From contig JBCCYL010000009.1 of assembly GCA_039189765.1 (NCBI GenBank), positions 1 through 64,000 of the forward strand: a stretch of 64,000 bases of DNA. The letters run 5' to 3'. The DNA comes from Cyanobacteria bacterium P01_F01_bin.150 (GTDB taxonomy: Bacteria; Cyanobacteriota; Cyanobacteriia; CAKZMO01). The position numbers and the translations under genes are program-made. The notes under the pieces were generated by a model. That model was not told the origin of the DNA. It did no database searches and saw only the letters and a list, made by a program, of their open reading frames with translations. Every line of letters starts with the position of its first letter. The stretch's first letter is position 1. Below, piece after piece: positions 20,203 to 32,231 of this stretch.

Positions 20203-22923
20203 CTACACACTAATGTTCAATGTATGACCAAATTTTATAAGCTGGTTCAAACGCTCAGATAGTTCCTGATTTGAATACTCTTGAAGATTTTTGGAACCTA
20301 AAATCTCTTCTAGCGAGAGCCGATTAATAGTTTGTAAATAAAGCTCTTGCGCTCGGTCCAAATGGATATTCAACCGCAAACGATCGCCAACTTTAATAAG
20401 CGCCTGTATCCAATGTATTTCCTCTTTTGCCGTATCGGGATCGTACGCGTGGAGTAACTGCCATAGCGATCGCAAAATTAAGTCTTCGATAATCGCTTTA
20501 GCTTGAGGAAGCCGAAGGGCACAATTGAACTGTTGGGCTTCGGTTGCGATCGCATCCAGTTCTGCCAACTTCGCCATACGGGTATGGTGCAGCTCCGAAT
20601 AGTTACCAGCTTCATGGCCGTCTCCCATCTCCTGCTCTAATCCTTGTAGAAGGGACAGCGCTCGTTGTCCAATAGCGATTTCTGCTGCTACTTGAAGTTC
20701 TTGGGGCACAGTTAACTGTTCTCGATGGAAAGACAGCAAGACACTGTAGTTGTCCCGATAGACTTGACTATACAGTTGGTCTAATCGAGTCAGAGTGCCT
20801 TCACTCAGCAAATGCATAATGCGATGCCGCTCTTCGGCAAAGAGATTTTGTAAGCTGTAGGAGCGATCGCCCAACACTTGATTCATCACGCGAATGGTCT
20901 GAGCAATATTCGCCGTATTAAAAACTTCAATCAGTTTCGTCTTCGCTTCGCTGTAGGCTAAGCGTCCTGAAAATGGAGTAATACAGCAATGGAAATCCCA
21001 GCCTCCCAGATGGAAAACTGCAAACACCAGATGGGCGTTTTCTTGAGTAATTGTAGAAATTAATTCTAGCTGCCCCATCGCCAGTGTCAGCGGTCCAATT
21101 CGCTGAAGCTGATAATCATATTGATGGGTCGTGTAACAGTAAACCTGCTGTTCTGTCGTTGGAGGGGTAAACAGTGAACTTATAGCGTAATGAGCTGCCA
21201 CCTGTTCAAGACTAATCTTAGACGGAATCACCGACTCACTATAAATCCGCCCTCCATGGCCAAAGTGCTCCACATTGCTGGGAGCCTGTTTTAATTTTTG
21301 AATAAATGCCTCTTCCAATTGAATCCCGGCTACATCTCCAGCCAGTTCAATGGCCCGAGCCGCATAGCGTAAAATTTGGGTGCCTTCCGGACGAGAAATT
21401 TCGTCAAAGAACCAGCCACAACTGGTGTACATCAACAATGAATGACGCTGCATCTCCAACAGGCGCAAGGCATCAATCCGTTCATCATCGCTTAAGTCAT
21501 GGGTTTGATGCTTATTCAAAAAGGCTTGAACGTTAGCAGGAGAGCGATGGTGTATCACTTGTATGTAATCATTGCGTGCAGCCCAGGGATCGGAGAATAG
21601 CTGGCATCCACGCTCTTCAAAAACAGGAATTAACTGATCCCGTAGCCAATCCAATGTATCTCGCAAAGGCCGTCGCCATTTTTGATGCCACAAGCCTCCT
21701 CCGCAACATCCGCAGTTATCTTGCCAACGATCAACGCCATGGGAACAACTCCAAGCTGTGACCGGTTTAAGCTCTACTTCCCAAGTGGGGGAATGATGAC
21801 TTAAATAGTGGGAAAAATTCGTGACGGTCCAACCCTGCTGGCTAAATTCCGTTGTTAACGCATAGGCCAGGGCTTTCTCTGCTCCAGCCTTATGGTGACC
21901 AAAGGTTTCACCATCGGTTGCCACTGAAATAAGCTGGGACTCACGATGATCCCCACGCACAGCTTGGCTAATGCGGCTGGCAAAGTGCTGGGAGCTGTCC
22001 ATTACATGGTTGAATCCCATGTCCCTAGAGATAGGACCATCGTAGAAGAAAATATCGATGTAATCGTGGTTGGGATTACCGCCAGGCATAAAACATCGAT
22101 AGGGTTGGATTGGATCAATTTGTCCACCTCCTACTTCTGTCCAGTCAGGAGTTGCATTATCCGGTGTTGGTAAAGGACGACAGCGTTGGGCTTGAGACGG
22201 AGCCAAAATAATAAATCGGATCCCTTCATCTACCAATACTTGGAGCGTCGCATAGTCCACGGCTGTTTCTGCTAGCCACATCCCTTCGGGATCACGCTGG
22301 AACCGGGTTCGAAAATCATCAATGCCCCAACGCACTTGGGTAATCTTATCCCGTTCATTAGCCAAGGGCATAATGATATGGTTGTAGACCTGGGCGATCG
22401 CATTCCCATGGCCTTCAAGGCGATCGCAACTCAAACGGTCTGCTTCCAGAATACGCTGATAAACCTCTACATCATGGCGTTCCATCCAACTCATCAATGT
22501 TGGCCCAATGTTAAAACTGAGGTGTTCAAAATTATTGACAATCGCCATCACCTCACCTCGATCGTTCAGAACTCGAGCAAAGGCATTGGGGCGATAACAT
22601 TCTTGATGGACGCGCTCATTCCAGTCATGGCATGGAGTGGCACTAGGCTGTCGCTCAATCGCATCCAGATATGGGTTTTCGCGAGGGGGCTGGTAAAAAT
22701 GACCATGAACAGTCACAAATACCCCTGTTTTGACTTGATGGGGATCACCGTTTTGCAACCGATGAATCGGTAGGCGATCCCTAGATACAGGTTCTTTGAA
22801 TGGCCATACTGTTTGAACAGATGACGGGGCTTGAGTATTTTGTTTTTGCAAGTCTTGTCTATTCGGCGCTGAGTCCCCATCATTAGAAGATGATAGGGAA
22901 TTCCCATGATTAGAAGAAGTCAT
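20203..22923 (-). CDS. Glycoside hydrolase family 57 protein with DUF3536 domain
   Basis: HGHFYQPPRENP, GMWLAETA, ATDGETFGHH, MYTSCGWFFDEISR. Confidence 0.9.
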   Translation of the reverse strand: MTSSNHGNSLSSSNDGDSAPNRQDLQKQNTQAPSSVQTVWPFKEPVSRDRLPIHRLQNGDPHQVKTGVFVTVHGHFYQPPRENPYLDAIERQPSATPCHDWNERVHQECYRPNAFARVLNDRGEVMAIVNNFEHLSFNIGPTLMSWMERHDVEVYQRILEADRLSCDRLEGHGNAIAQVYNHIIMPLANERDKITQVRWGIDDFRTRFQRDPEGMWLAETAVDYATLQVLVDEGIRFIILAPSQAQRCRPLPTPDNATPDWTEVGGGQIDPIQPYRCFMPGGNPNHDYIDIFFYDGPISRDMGFNHVMDSSQHFASRISQAVRGDHRESQLISVATDGETFGHHKAGAEKALAYALTTEFSQQGWTVTNFSHYLSHHSPTWEVELKPVTAWSCSHGVDRWQDNCGCCGGGLWHQKWRRPLRDTLDWLRDQLIPVFEERGCQLFSDPWAARNDYIQVIHHRSPANVQAFLNKHQTHDLSDDERIDALRLLEMQRHSLLMYTSCGWFFDEISRPEGTQILRYAARAIELAGDVAGIQLEEAFIQKLKQAPSNVEHFGHGGRIYSESVIPSKISLEQVAAHYAISSLFTPPTTEQQVYCYTTHQYDYQLQRIGPLTLAMGQLELISTITQENAHLVFAVFHLGGWDFHCCITPFSGRLAYSEAKTKLIEVFNTANIAQTIRVMNQVLGDRSYSLQNLFAEERHRIMHLLSEGTLTRLDQLYSQVYRDNYSVLLSFHREQLTVPQELQVAAEIAIGQRALSLLQGLEQEMGDGHEAGNYSELHHTRMAKLAELDAIATEAQQFNCALRLPQAKAIIEDLILRSLWQLLHAYDPDTAKEEIHWIQALIKVGDRLRLNIHLDRAQELYLQTINRLSLEEILGSKNLQEYSNQELSERLNQLIKFGHTLNISV

Positions 22924-23700
22924 GTAAGTTGTCCAAAGAATAAAGGTTGGATGTAGGTTAGCCGTAGGGCATTTATCAGGATGCAGACGTATTGATGCTT
23001 GAAAAGATTTTAATTTGTCGATGACTTAAAAAATAAAATTGTGTCGTACTCTACATTTCACAATTTTGCTAAATCCAATCTACCTTCTACAAGTAGGTTG
23101 AATCTAGATTTGTTGATAAAGACTGTCATCTATACTGAACAGTCAAAGACATTTTCAAAAAATGACATTAGCTGAAAACAAGACATTGAAACGGTACACA
23201 CCGCTGTATATTCGGGCGAAAATTTCCATTAGGTGGGCATATTTATGTCGCCACTGTCTTTAGATTCTACAACAGCAAGCAAGCATACCTGCCTCCATGA
23301 TGCTTGCATTATTGCGCTGATAAGCCAAGCAATCCCATTACAATTTAAAAAAATACAAGAAAAATTATATTTCGTTGTGAAAAATAGCGTATGTGTATCA
23401 AATCAAAAGGGCGTCTGAGCAATACCCAAAAGTAGCTAGATGGAGAAGTGACTCAGGCAAAGTAGCTAAAGCTGCTGTAAGTCCTATTCAGGAAGAGTTA
23501 TCGTCGATTTCCCAGACCTCATCTAAAGCAAGGAATATTGAAAATTTGTCTTTAAGCACCTGGACAAAATTGTTTTTATTGAGGTGTGCGCTCCGGAGAG
23601 GTGCACACCTCAACTTTATTTAAATTAATTGTGTTCAATTACTTATATTGCGCTGTCCTCAATGACAGAGAATAGGATTATATTGTGCCAGAAGTGCGAT

Positions 23701-23786
23701 AAAAAAAGGGACAGATGTTCTGCCCCTGCACACATTCAACACACAACATCCAAGGTCAATGGATTCTCGATCCTATACCTTGCACT
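23701..23786 (-). ncRNA. Candidate small RNA
   Basis: TATTAT -10-like box at 23798-23793, GU-rich segment TGTTGTGTGTTGAATGTGTG, then hairpin GGGGCAGA-ACA-TCTGTCCC and T7; sits in a gene-free 2.3-kb spacer. Confidence 0.5.
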
Positions 23787-24645
23787 TCTTATATAATAGT
23801 CTAACTCTTGCCAACCAGGGTTGATATTTTTGTAGACAACGTCTTAAGCTGCACTCGTTTATGATGTCTTAGTTACTATTAATGGATTTTTTCAGTGATA
23901 CTGTAGGGGTAAGATGATGCAGGATCTAGAGTTTTTATCCATATGGAGATGTATTTGAATATTCCTCTTGAATTTTTATAAATGTTGGATTATTACGTTT
24001 TTCAATATTTCCTTAGCATACAGGCATCTATAAAAACAAAGTATTTATCTATTTTTTCTAGCTCTGTTACTTACTACAGTTTACTTAGGGAACCATTAAA
24101 ACATCCGTGATGATATCTAGCTATTAAGGCATAATATCATCCTTATAAAAAAACATTGTTCTGGGGAAATAAAGCTAATAAAGAATTAAACGTCATCTGA
24201 GGTACATGGAATTCCAGCAGATTCAACACATCCAGGATTTTTAACCTGTAATGGTTGCTTGTTTATCTCTACAGAGGAACTCAAATTAGTAAGCATAAGA
24301 ATAACAATGGCAGTGGTGATAACTTTCATGTTGTTTTCATAAGCAACCCTACAGTCCTAGAATCGCTTTAAAGATAATCAACGCACTCCGAACAAATGAG
24401 TATATTTTAAGAGCCTTAATTATAAAGTTTTCGAGAAATTACCGATACACTATCAATCCCCAATAGGCTAACTGCAAATTAATAAGTCTAAATTCCGGTT
24501 TGTATTTGAAAGTAGGATACTGGAGCGCTCCACGCCCCAGTATCTCGTTAAATTCTTTCCGGTTTAAGTCTTAAGTCTAAATTCCTAAAAAATTGACTCA
24601 TATTAATCTACAGACTTAGCTAGTAAATATGGGTATCAACTTAAG

Positions 24646-24683
24646 GTGTGAAATTGGGGCGTGTCGTGTCCCAATTTCACACC
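24646..24683. repeat. Imperfect palindrome
   Basis: GGTGTGAAATTGGG...CCCAATTTCACACC. Confidence 0.7.
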
Positions 24684-24715
24684 AACTTGTTCCGCCTTAG
24701 GTTGAAATTCACTTT

Positions 24716-24764
24716 GGGGTTTCGTTTTAAAGCAAAATAGAATTGAAGGTGGTGTGGGCGCAAC
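24716..24764 (+). repeat. REP-like element, left half only
   Basis: GGGGTTTCGTTTTAAAGCAAAATAGAATTGAAGGTGGTGTGGGCGCAAC, stops at the hairpin loop. Confidence 0.75.
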
Positions 24765-24949
24765 ATAACAAGTGCCAAAATACCAGAAAAGCTTATTTTA
24801 CTCAGGAGAGTTAAGTCTAAAGGACACGTGCATCCGGAAAGCCGTCGCAAGCCCATCTTACGCATTCGAATTCCCAATGGTGGCTTTACCATTGCTAAGC
24901 CCCGCAAGCCCACCGCTGTAGAAAACCAGTGCCAAAATCGTTTTGGTGA

Positions 24950-25270
24950 TTTTGAAGATGGAGCAGACTGAAGCGATACCCACAGGAGTACCTACCTTTC
25001 GCTGGGCCTCCGAACGTATTCTTAAAGCCGATTTACTTAATGCTCTGGGCTATGGAGCAGGGGTGGCGTTGTATACCGGGGATGGCAGACTGTCTCCCCC
25101 ATCCCCAAATTGCCCAATTGCCGCTTCAGCGCTATCGCATTATTGGCGATCCAATGGTGCCGCTGTATGGTGCTATCGATGCCCTAACATAAGCGCAGAA
25201 AGTATTTGCACTTGCTCCCCAAGCGCCATTACCCTCCTTACTTGCGGGGCTTTGGGCATAGATGAGCTGA
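24950..25270 (+). pseudogene. Decayed fragment resembling a C25 (gingipain-like) cysteine peptidase
   Basis: One frame gives FRWASERILKADLLNALGYGAGVALYTGDG; another gives YRIIGDPMVPLYGAIDALT*AQKVFALAP. Confidence 0.4.
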
Positions 25271-25279
25271 TGCTGAATC

Positions 25280-26236
25280 CTACTGCTCATCCCAAAGAAT
25301 GTCCAGGGTGTAGGGACTGCCCTCAAAACACCAGAAGGTGCCATCGACGTAACGACGGTGGCGATCGCATCCTTCCACCGTCTTCAAGTTGGCTTCCGTA
25401 AGGGAAACGTCAGCCGCCGCCAGATTTTTCTGAATACGGGAGGGAGTGACAGACTTGGGAATCACCGCAGTGCCACGATGGATAGCCCAGGCAATTAAGG
25501 TTTGGGCAGGAGTGACGCCGTGTTCTTGAGCAATGGTGGCAATAGTCTCATTTTCTAGTAGCACAGGCTCATCCGCAGTTTTCAGACTATCAGGTCGATC
25601 GGGGGACCCCAAGGGCGAATAGGCGGTAACGTGGATCCCATTAGCCTGGCAAAACTGCACAAGCTCCGTCTGCTGTAGGTAGGGATGGAGCTCAATCTGA
25701 TTCATTTCGGGTTTGATACGAGCTACGCCCATTAAGTCCTTTATTTTAGTCAAGCTAAAATTGGACACCCCAATATGACGGCAGGGGCCAGCATCCACCA
25801 ATTTTTCCATTGCCGCCCAGGTATCCGCGATGGGAAGTTGATCCAAGGTAATCAAATCATCGGCGGCAAAGGGAAAGCCTGCACCTTTGCGGAGAGAGAC
25901 GGGCCAGTGAATTAGATACAGGTCTAAGTAGTCGAGCTGAAGATTTTTAAGGGTTGTTTCTAACCCTGATGGGACATGAACGGGATCGTGACAGTCATTC
26001 CAAAGTTTGGAGGTAATCCAGAGCTGGTCACGGGTGACGATACCACTGCTGATGGATTCGGCGATCGCCTTGCCAACCTCTGCTTCATTGCCATAGATAT
26101 GGGCACAATCAATATGGCGATAGCCCACTCGAATCGCTTCTTTAACCGCTTTGTAAACATCGCCAGGCTGCGATTTCCAGGTTCCTAAACCCAGAATAGG
26201 CATATGGTCACCGTTTTTGAATTGGAGCGTTTTCAT
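25280..26236 (-). CDS. Aldo/keto reductase
   Basis: GLGTW, GYRHIDCAHIY, LDLYLIHWP, IGVSNF, VIPKS; start at the ATG at 26236. Confidence 0.95.
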   Translation of the reverse strand: MKTLQFKNGDHMPILGLGTWKSQPGDVYKAVKEAIRVGYRHIDCAHIYGNEAEVGKAIAESISSGIVTRDQLWITSKLWNDCHDPVHVPSGLETTLKNLQLDYLDLYLIHWPVSLRKGAGFPFAADDLITLDQLPIADTWAAMEKLVDAGPCRHIGVSNFSLTKIKDLMGVARIKPEMNQIELHPYLQQTELVQFCQANGIHVTAYSPLGSPDRPDSLKTADEPVLLENETIATIAQEHGVTPAQTLIAWAIHRGTAVIPKSVTPSRIQKNLAAADVSLTEANLKTVEGCDRHRRYVDGTFWCFEGSPYTLDILWDEQ

Positions 26237-26415
26237 GCTGTTTCTCCGTTCGATAGACGTGTACACAGTGGTCTAAGCATAGATTACAGCATGAAATTAG
26301 GAAGGAGTTAACTTTAGATTGCGATACACCTGCTCAATGGGAAACTGAAGACCAACACTTTTAAGGTCCTGTTCGGCAGCTGGCTACCCAGTTCTGACAA
26401 TTTCCAATCAGTTGC

Positions 26416-27708
26416 TCAAACTGCGATTGGCAATCGAATGCAAAACTCAGTGCCGTGCCCTGGCGCTGACTGGACATCCAAACGACCACCATGTTTTTCT
26501 TCCACAATCTGACGGGCGATTGCCAATCCCAAGCCCGTCCCTTCTCCGATGGCTTTGGTGGTAAACAGATGGTCAAAGACCTTTGCCTTCACCTCTTCAG
26601 ACATGCCTTTACCGTTGTCTTTGATGCTGATGACCACTTCATTGGTCGTGAAAGCGGTTTGAATTGTGATTTGCTGAGGTGTCTCTGTAAGTTGAGCAAA
26701 TGATGACTGTTGAGCAACCTCATCAAACATATCGATGGCATTCGCCAAAACGTTCATGAACACTTGATTGATCTGGCCAGGATAGCAGTCAATCGCTGGA
26801 ATCTCTCCATAGTCCTGGATGATAGCGATCGCCGGACGATATGTATTTGCTTTGAGGCGATACTTCAAAATGAGTAGGGTACTATCTAGACCTTCGTGCA
26901 GATTTGCTTTGAGTTTGTATTCGGTATCGGCACGGGAAAAGGTACGGAGGCTGGTGCTGATGTCTTGAATGCGATCGCAGGCATTCTTCATCGAACCCAC
27001 TAGCTTCGGCAAGTCTTCACTCAAAAAATCCAGGTCAATCTCTACGGCTTTATCCTGTACAGGGATGGCAGCATCGGGATGATGGTGTTGATAGAGAGCA
27101 ATATAGTCCAGTAAATCTTGGACATACTCTTTAGTATTGTTGATACTGCCATTTAGAAAGCCAAGGGGATTATTAATTTCATGTGCGACTCCGGCCACTA
27201 AATTACCTAAAGCAGACATTTTTTCGCTTTGAATCAGTTGAACCTGGGAGGCTTTGAGCTGAGTCAGCGCTTGTTGGAGAGCCTGAGTACGATCACATAC
27301 CTGGTGTTCCAATTGATGTGTTAGCTGACTCAGTTGCAGATGGACTTTAACACGAGTCAAAATCTCTCTTTCTTCAAACGGTTTGGTGATGTAGTCAACG
27401 GCTCCCAATTCTAAGCCTTTAACGCGATGATCTGTGTCAGCTAAAGCGGTCATGAAGATTACTGGAATGTGTTGGGTTGTCGGTAACTGTTTGAGTCGTT
27501 GACAGACTTCGAAGCCGTTGATTCCAGGCATCATCACATCCAACAGAATTAAGTTAGGTTGGCTGTACTGAAGCTGTTGAAGGGCTTGTTCGCCACTGAG
27601 GGCGATCGCGACTTCTAATCCTGCCGTCTCTAGCGCTTCTGAAACCACTTCTATATTGGTAGGCATATCATCCACAATGAGAACTAATCCAGTCAGCACT
27701 TCGCCCAT
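26416..27708 (-). CDS. Receiver-histidine kinase hybrid (REC-HisKA-HATPase)
   Basis: LIVDD, LLDVMMP, DYITKP; AGVAHEINNPL; DNGKG, FTTK, GTGLGL. Confidence 0.95.
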   Translation of the reverse strand: MGEVLTGLVLIVDDMPTNIEVVSEALETAGLEVAIALSGEQALQQLQYSQPNLILLDVMMPGINGFEVCQRLKQLPTTQHIPVIFMTALADTDHRVKGLELGAVDYITKPFEEREILTRVKVHLQLSQLTHQLEHQVCDRTQALQQALTQLKASQVQLIQSEKMSALGNLVAGVAHEINNPLGFLNGSINNTKEYVQDLLDYIALYQHHHPDAAIPVQDKAVEIDLDFLSEDLPKLVGSMKNACDRIQDISTSLRTFSRADTEYKLKANLHEGLDSTLLILKYRLKANTYRPAIAIIQDYGEIPAIDCYPGQINQVFMNVLANAIDMFDEVAQQSSFAQLTETPQQITIQTAFTTNEVVISIKDNGKGMSEEVKAKVFDHLFTTKAIGEGTGLGLAIARQIVEEKHGGRLDVQSAPGHGTEFCIRLPIAV

Positions 27709-27719
27709 GAAAATACCCC

Positions 27720-30173
27720 TTAAAGATAAGATTCTATAAACTGCACAATCTTGTCGGCCTGGAATTTTTTGGCCAAGGGTAATATCTCCTGGATAAAAGG
27801 ACGATAGCCATCATCTTGCGCTTGAATTTGCTTTGCATCGACCATTAGCTTCTTTATCCGACCTTGCCGAGCCAGCATCAGGAGATTCTCTAGATCGGTT
27901 CGTTGAGGAACCATCATCTCCTTCGATGTCACCGGGGCAATGGTATCTAGCGGCGCTGCGACTTCGGCGATCCAGGTGAGTTTAAGATACTGTTGCAGTA
28001 GGTCAAATAGCGTCTCTGCCTGGATCGGCTTTGCCAAGAATTCATCTCCACCCGCCTCTAAGCTCAACTGGCGATCGGCTGGGGCAACTGATGCCGATGA
28101 AACAATAACGGTATGCTGACTTAGCTGAGCATCAGCCCGGAGTCGCTGAAGAAACTCAAAGCCATCCATAACGGGCATGGTAATATCGGTAATGATCAAA
28201 TCAGGACTGATCTGAGCTGCTTTTTCTAAGCCCTCTTGCCCATTTTGCGCTTCGCTAATTTGGAAATCTAGCGGTTCGAGTAGGTTAGCCAGAACGGCGC
28301 GATTTTCCCAGCGATCGTCTATGATTAGGAGATGACGTCGTTCTCCCTCATACCCCACAATATTGCCAATAGCGGCGGTCTGCTGTTGGCTCCAATCGGT
28401 AGCCAAGGGGACGATAACCTCAAAGTAGAAATCGCTACCTACACCTAGTTGACTTTTGACTTGAATACGGCCCCCCATCAGTTGAACAATTCTCTGGCTA
28501 ATGGGCAGTCCTAGCCCTGTACCCTCAGTTTGGCGGCTTTGTTCTCCCACTTGTTCAAACGCTTGAAAGAGTTTGTGTAGATCGTCTGGGGCGATACCCA
28601 GGCCCGTATCAGCGATGGTGAAGCGGAGTCGTACCGCTTGGTCAACCTCATCTGCGACTCGATGCACTCGCAAGGTCACCTGGCCGCGATCGGTAAATTT
28701 AATCGCGTTTCCCAACAAGTTGATCAATACCTGCCGCAGTCGCTTCTCGTCGGCAGCAATACCGTCAGGTAAATCAGCATCCGGTTCGTAGCAAAATTGG
28801 ATATCTTTTTGTTCTGCTCGAATGCGGCAAATTTCGACGACGCCTTGTAGAAAGGAGGGAAGATAAAGGGTTTGGGGCACAAGCTCTAGTTTACGAGCTT
28901 CGATTTTGGAGAGATCCAACACATCATTTATCAATGTCAGCAGGTGAGAGCCGCATTGATAAATGACCTGAATGCCATGTTGTTCTTTCTCACCCCAAGT
29001 TCTTGCGCGACCGAGAATTTGAGCATACCCCAAGATCCCGTTGAGGGGGGTGCGGAGTTCATGACTCATATTGGCCAGAAACTCACTCTTAGCCTGGTTG
29101 GCAGCATCAGCCGCTAGTTTGGATTGCTTCAGACGGGTTTGCTCGGCAGATTGCACATACACCAAAACCCCAATGAGTGTTCCTGCTAGCAGCAATACGA
29201 CAAAGGCAATCCCATCTAGCAGCCGGAGTTTAGATTCAATATTTTCGCGAGGGATAACGAGCGCCACCGACCAATCGGCTTCTTTGAGTGGCAAAAACGC
29301 GACGTATTGCTCAGTGCCATCGATAACTGTTTTCTCGATGCCTCGCTGACGAGCAACCATACGCTGGGCAATCCTGGCCAATTCGCGATCGGTCGCTTCC
29401 GACAAGCTAGGGGCAGGGCGATCCAGATTAGACATCAAGTTGCTATCAGGATGGGTAATCGCTTCACCTTTGGAATTTAGAGCAAAGGCATAGCTGCCTG
29501 TACCATACTCCAAGCTTTGAACCACTTCTTTAATTTGCTCAATCCCGATAGACGCATTTAAGACACCCACAGGTTCTCTAGCGCTATCGCTAAAGGGTCC
29601 TGACCAAATAGGGGAAGAAAAAACAACGACCGATTCACCGGTAATCCGCGAAATGACCGGATCTTGTACGCTAGCTTTACCTGCTAGACTACTTTTGACA
29701 TGAGGGCGATCGCCGAGATTAGAGTTATCGCCGTTTTTCCTTAAATTGAAGTAGGCACCATCGGGATAAACAATCCCCAAACCAGGGCTAAAGCTATTGA
29801 GGCGATCGCGTTCTTCCTGAAAAAGCGACTTGATTGCAGCCCAATCCATCGTGCGGGTGATGGGTAGATTGGCCAGTGCTGCAGATTCAGATTTTCTCAG
29901 AGCGATCCATTGGTCAATTGTGTCCGTTCCAGTATTTACCGTCAACAAGGCATTTTGCTGCAGATTCTCTAACGTGGTGTTTCGCACAATCTGGTAGCTG
30001 AAGTAGGCTGCCACCCCAACCATTAGCGCTGTCCCACCGACCATGAGACGAGCCACCAAGTTACGCGAAAATCGCGTATTGGCATTAGTCGCTGGTGAAG
30101 AAATAGGAGCGCTTGTACCAGATACCGCCTTTTCAGAATGATTGGTTGGCTGGTGGGATGGGAAGGAGACCAT
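27720..30173 (-). CDS. Hybrid sensor histidine kinase (dCache-HisKA-HATPase-REC)
   Basis: Two TM helices around a Cache-like domain ([14 protein letters not shown]); [15 protein letters not shown]-terminal receiver. Confidence 0.93.
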   Translation of the reverse strand: MVSFPSHQPTNHSEKAVSGTSAPISSPATNANTRFSRNLVARLMVGGTALMVGVAAYFSYQIVRNTTLENLQQNALLTVNTGTDTIDQWIALRKSESAALANLPITRTMDWAAIKSLFQEERDRLNSFSPGLGIVYPDGAYFNLRKNGDNSNLGDRPHVKSSLAGKASVQDPVISRITGESVVVFSSPIWSGPFSDSAREPVGVLNASIGIEQIKEVVQSLEYGTGSYAFALNSKGEAITHPDSNLMSNLDRPAPSLSEATDRELARIAQRMVARQRGIEKTVIDGTEQYVAFLPLKEADWSVALVIPRENIESKLRLLDGIAFVVLLLAGTLIGVLVYVQSAEQTRLKQSKLAADAANQAKSEFLANMSHELRTPLNGILGYAQILGRARTWGEKEQHGIQVIYQCGSHLLTLINDVLDLSKIEARKLELVPQTLYLPSFLQGVVEICRIRAEQKDIQFCYEPDADLPDGIAADEKRLRQVLINLLGNAIKFTDRGQVTLRVHRVADEVDQAVRLRFTIADTGLGIAPDDLHKLFQAFEQVGEQSRQTEGTGLGLPISQRIVQLMGGRIQVKSQLGVGSDFYFEVIVPLATDWSQQQTAAIGNIVGYEGERRHLLIIDDRWENRAVLANLLEPLDFQISEAQNGQEGLEKAAQISPDLIITDITMPVMDGFEFLQRLRADAQLSQHTVIVSSASVAPADRQLSLEAGGDEFLAKPIQAETLFDLLQQYLKLTWIAEVAAPLDTIAPVTSKEMMVPQRTDLENLLMLARQGRIKKLMVDAKQIQAQDDGYRPFIQEILPLAKKFQADKIVQFIESYL

Positions 30174-30959
30174 AGGCGGTTATTAGCAAATTAGCTACGA
30201 CCTAAACACGTTTTTAGCATTCCCTGACGGCAGTCAAATTAAACAGATTAATTGGACTATTGCTTCTTCAAATTTTAAATGGATCCTGGCAAATTTAGGA
30301 CTAAAATAGGGTCATGGTATTGATCAATTGAACATTGCGCAGTGTGTGCTGAGTGTGTGAACTCAGCACTGATCTTTAGGGCACGTTGCGGCCATCTGAG
30401 TCGGAATTTCAAAGCAGTCTAACATTTCATCGGTGTTGCCCTCGGCAATCGCTTGGTTACAAGCAGCTAATAGAAGTACCTGAGCGTGTTGCGCCCGGTG
30501 ATGCCCAATCCCTGAGTAATAGAGTGAAATGGAGTGGATTTTGTTGAGAGACAATGAGTTAATAATACCCAATGCTCGGTTGCCATGGTCCACCGTTTTG
30601 AATAATGTTTCAGTATCCACATCTTAGCTGCCGATAAGCTGGTATTGCTACAGATGTAGAATCCAGCGAACTGCTCAAAGGTGGGGTGGCCATTTTCGAT
30701 ATGGTTGAGCAAAAATGATGGGGCTAATGGAATTCCACGATGGCCTTGACGAAATCTTTGACGTACAGGTGTTGGGGGTGCGATCGCCCATCCTCTCTGG
30801 CCCTTATGCATCTCTAGATGGAACCGAGCCAATTTGGTTAGTCCCTGCCCCTTAACTTCTACCTGTGGGAGACTGGAGCATGGAGTGCCATGGCAGGAGC
30901 GATCACCCTAGTTCCTCTCAATGGACTAAACAGTTTGCATACATAACATCACTCTTTCT

Positions 30960-32231
30960 ATGTCCTCTTCCACCGCCGATTTGCTGCTACGTAACTGTTG
31001 TTTGCTGCATCTCTCTAATCCATCACAAACCGTGGATATTGCTATTCAGGATGGCAAAATTGTGGCGATCGCCCCCCAACTGCCCCATACTGCAACCCAG
31101 GAAATCGACGTTAATCACCAAGTTGTCAGCCCTCCCTTTGTGGAATCCCATATTCACTTGGACTCAGTGATGACCGCTGGCGAACCCCGCTGGAACCTAA
31201 GCGGTACGCTGTTTGAAGGGATTGAAATTTGGCGAGAGCGCAAGCAGTCCCTAACGCTGGAGGACGTCAAGACTCGGGCAATCGCCGCTCTTAAACAGCA
31301 GGCCACCCAGGGAGTGCTATTTGTGCGCACCCATGCGGACGTCAGTGAAGCCAATTTGATTGCCCTCAAGGGCTTACTGGAAGTTAGGGACTCGGTAAAA
31401 GACTGGATCACGGTGCAGGTAGTGGCCTTTCCCCAGGATGGCGTCTACGGCAGTCCTCAAAATGAAGCCTTGCTGGAGGAGTCGCTTAAACTGGGAGCCG
31501 ATGCCGTAGGCGGTATTCCCCACTATGAACTAACCCGCGAGGACGGGGTGCGATCGCTCCATCGTGTTTTTGAACTGGCAGAAAAATACGATCGGCTGAT
31601 TGATGTTCACTGTGATGAAATTGATGATGACCAGTCTCGTTTTCTAGAAGTGGTCACTGCCTGTGCCATTCGAGCCGGAAATGGCGATCGCGTTGCCGCC
31701 AGCCACACCACGGCCTTTGGCTCCTACAACAATGCCTATGCGTTTAAGCTGATGGGATTCCTAGACCGTGCCCAGCTTAATTTTATTGCCAATCCTTTAA
31801 TTAATATCACCCTCCAAGGCCGGACCGACACCTACCCCAAACGCCGAGGAATTACGCGGGTAAAGGAGCTGTGGCAACGGGGCTTAAACGTTAGCCTAGG
31901 CCATGACTGTATTCAAGACCCTTGGTATTCCCTAGGCTCAGGCAATATGTTGGATGTGGCAAATATGGCCATCCACTGCTGTCAAATGACCGGGCAGGCA
32001 GAAATGGATGCCTGCTACGATATGGTTACCTGGCATGGTGCAAAAACTCTGGGAGTGGGCGATCGCTACGGCATAGAAAAGGGCAAACCCGCTAATTTAA
32101 TCGTGTTAGACGGCGATAGCCGTTACGATGTCCTCAGACGTCGAGCAACCGTGCGATACGTTATTTCCCAAGGAAAGCTGATTAGCTGGACCGAACCACC
32201 TGTAACCCACTGGCCGGACGGCGCTATTTAA
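30960..32231 (+). CDS. codA: Cytosine deaminase (amidohydrolase family)
   Basis: ESHIHLD, VRTHAD, AFPQDG, DVHCDE, GHDCIQDPWY. Confidence 0.92.
   Translation: MSSSTADLLLRNCCLLHLSNPSQTVDIAIQDGKIVAIAPQLPHTATQEIDVNHQVVSPPFVESHIHLDSVMTAGEPRWNLSGTLFEGIEIWRERKQSLTLEDVKTRAIAALKQQATQGVLFVRTHADVSEANLIALKGLLEVRDSVKDWITVQVVAFPQDGVYGSPQNEALLEESLKLGADAVGGIPHYELTREDGVRSLHRVFELAEKYDRLIDVHCDEIDDDQSRFLEVVTACAIRAGNGDRVAASHTTAFGSYNNAYAFKLMGFLDRAQLNFIANPLINITLQGRTDTYPKRRGITRVKELWQRGLNVSLGHDCIQDPWYSLGSGNMLDVANMAIHCCQMTGQAEMDACYDMVTWHGAKTLGVGDRYGIEKGKPANLIVLDGDSRYDVLRRRATVRYVISQGKLISWTEPPVTHWPDGAI

Noticed and set aside
23233..23623. Short ORFs in the 2.3-kb spacer
   Set aside because: No RBS, motif or coding-like composition; likely spurious
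30363..30832. Two overlapping minus-strand ORFs upstream of codA
   Set aside because: Possibly a decayed gene, but I recognise no family motif and cannot support a call
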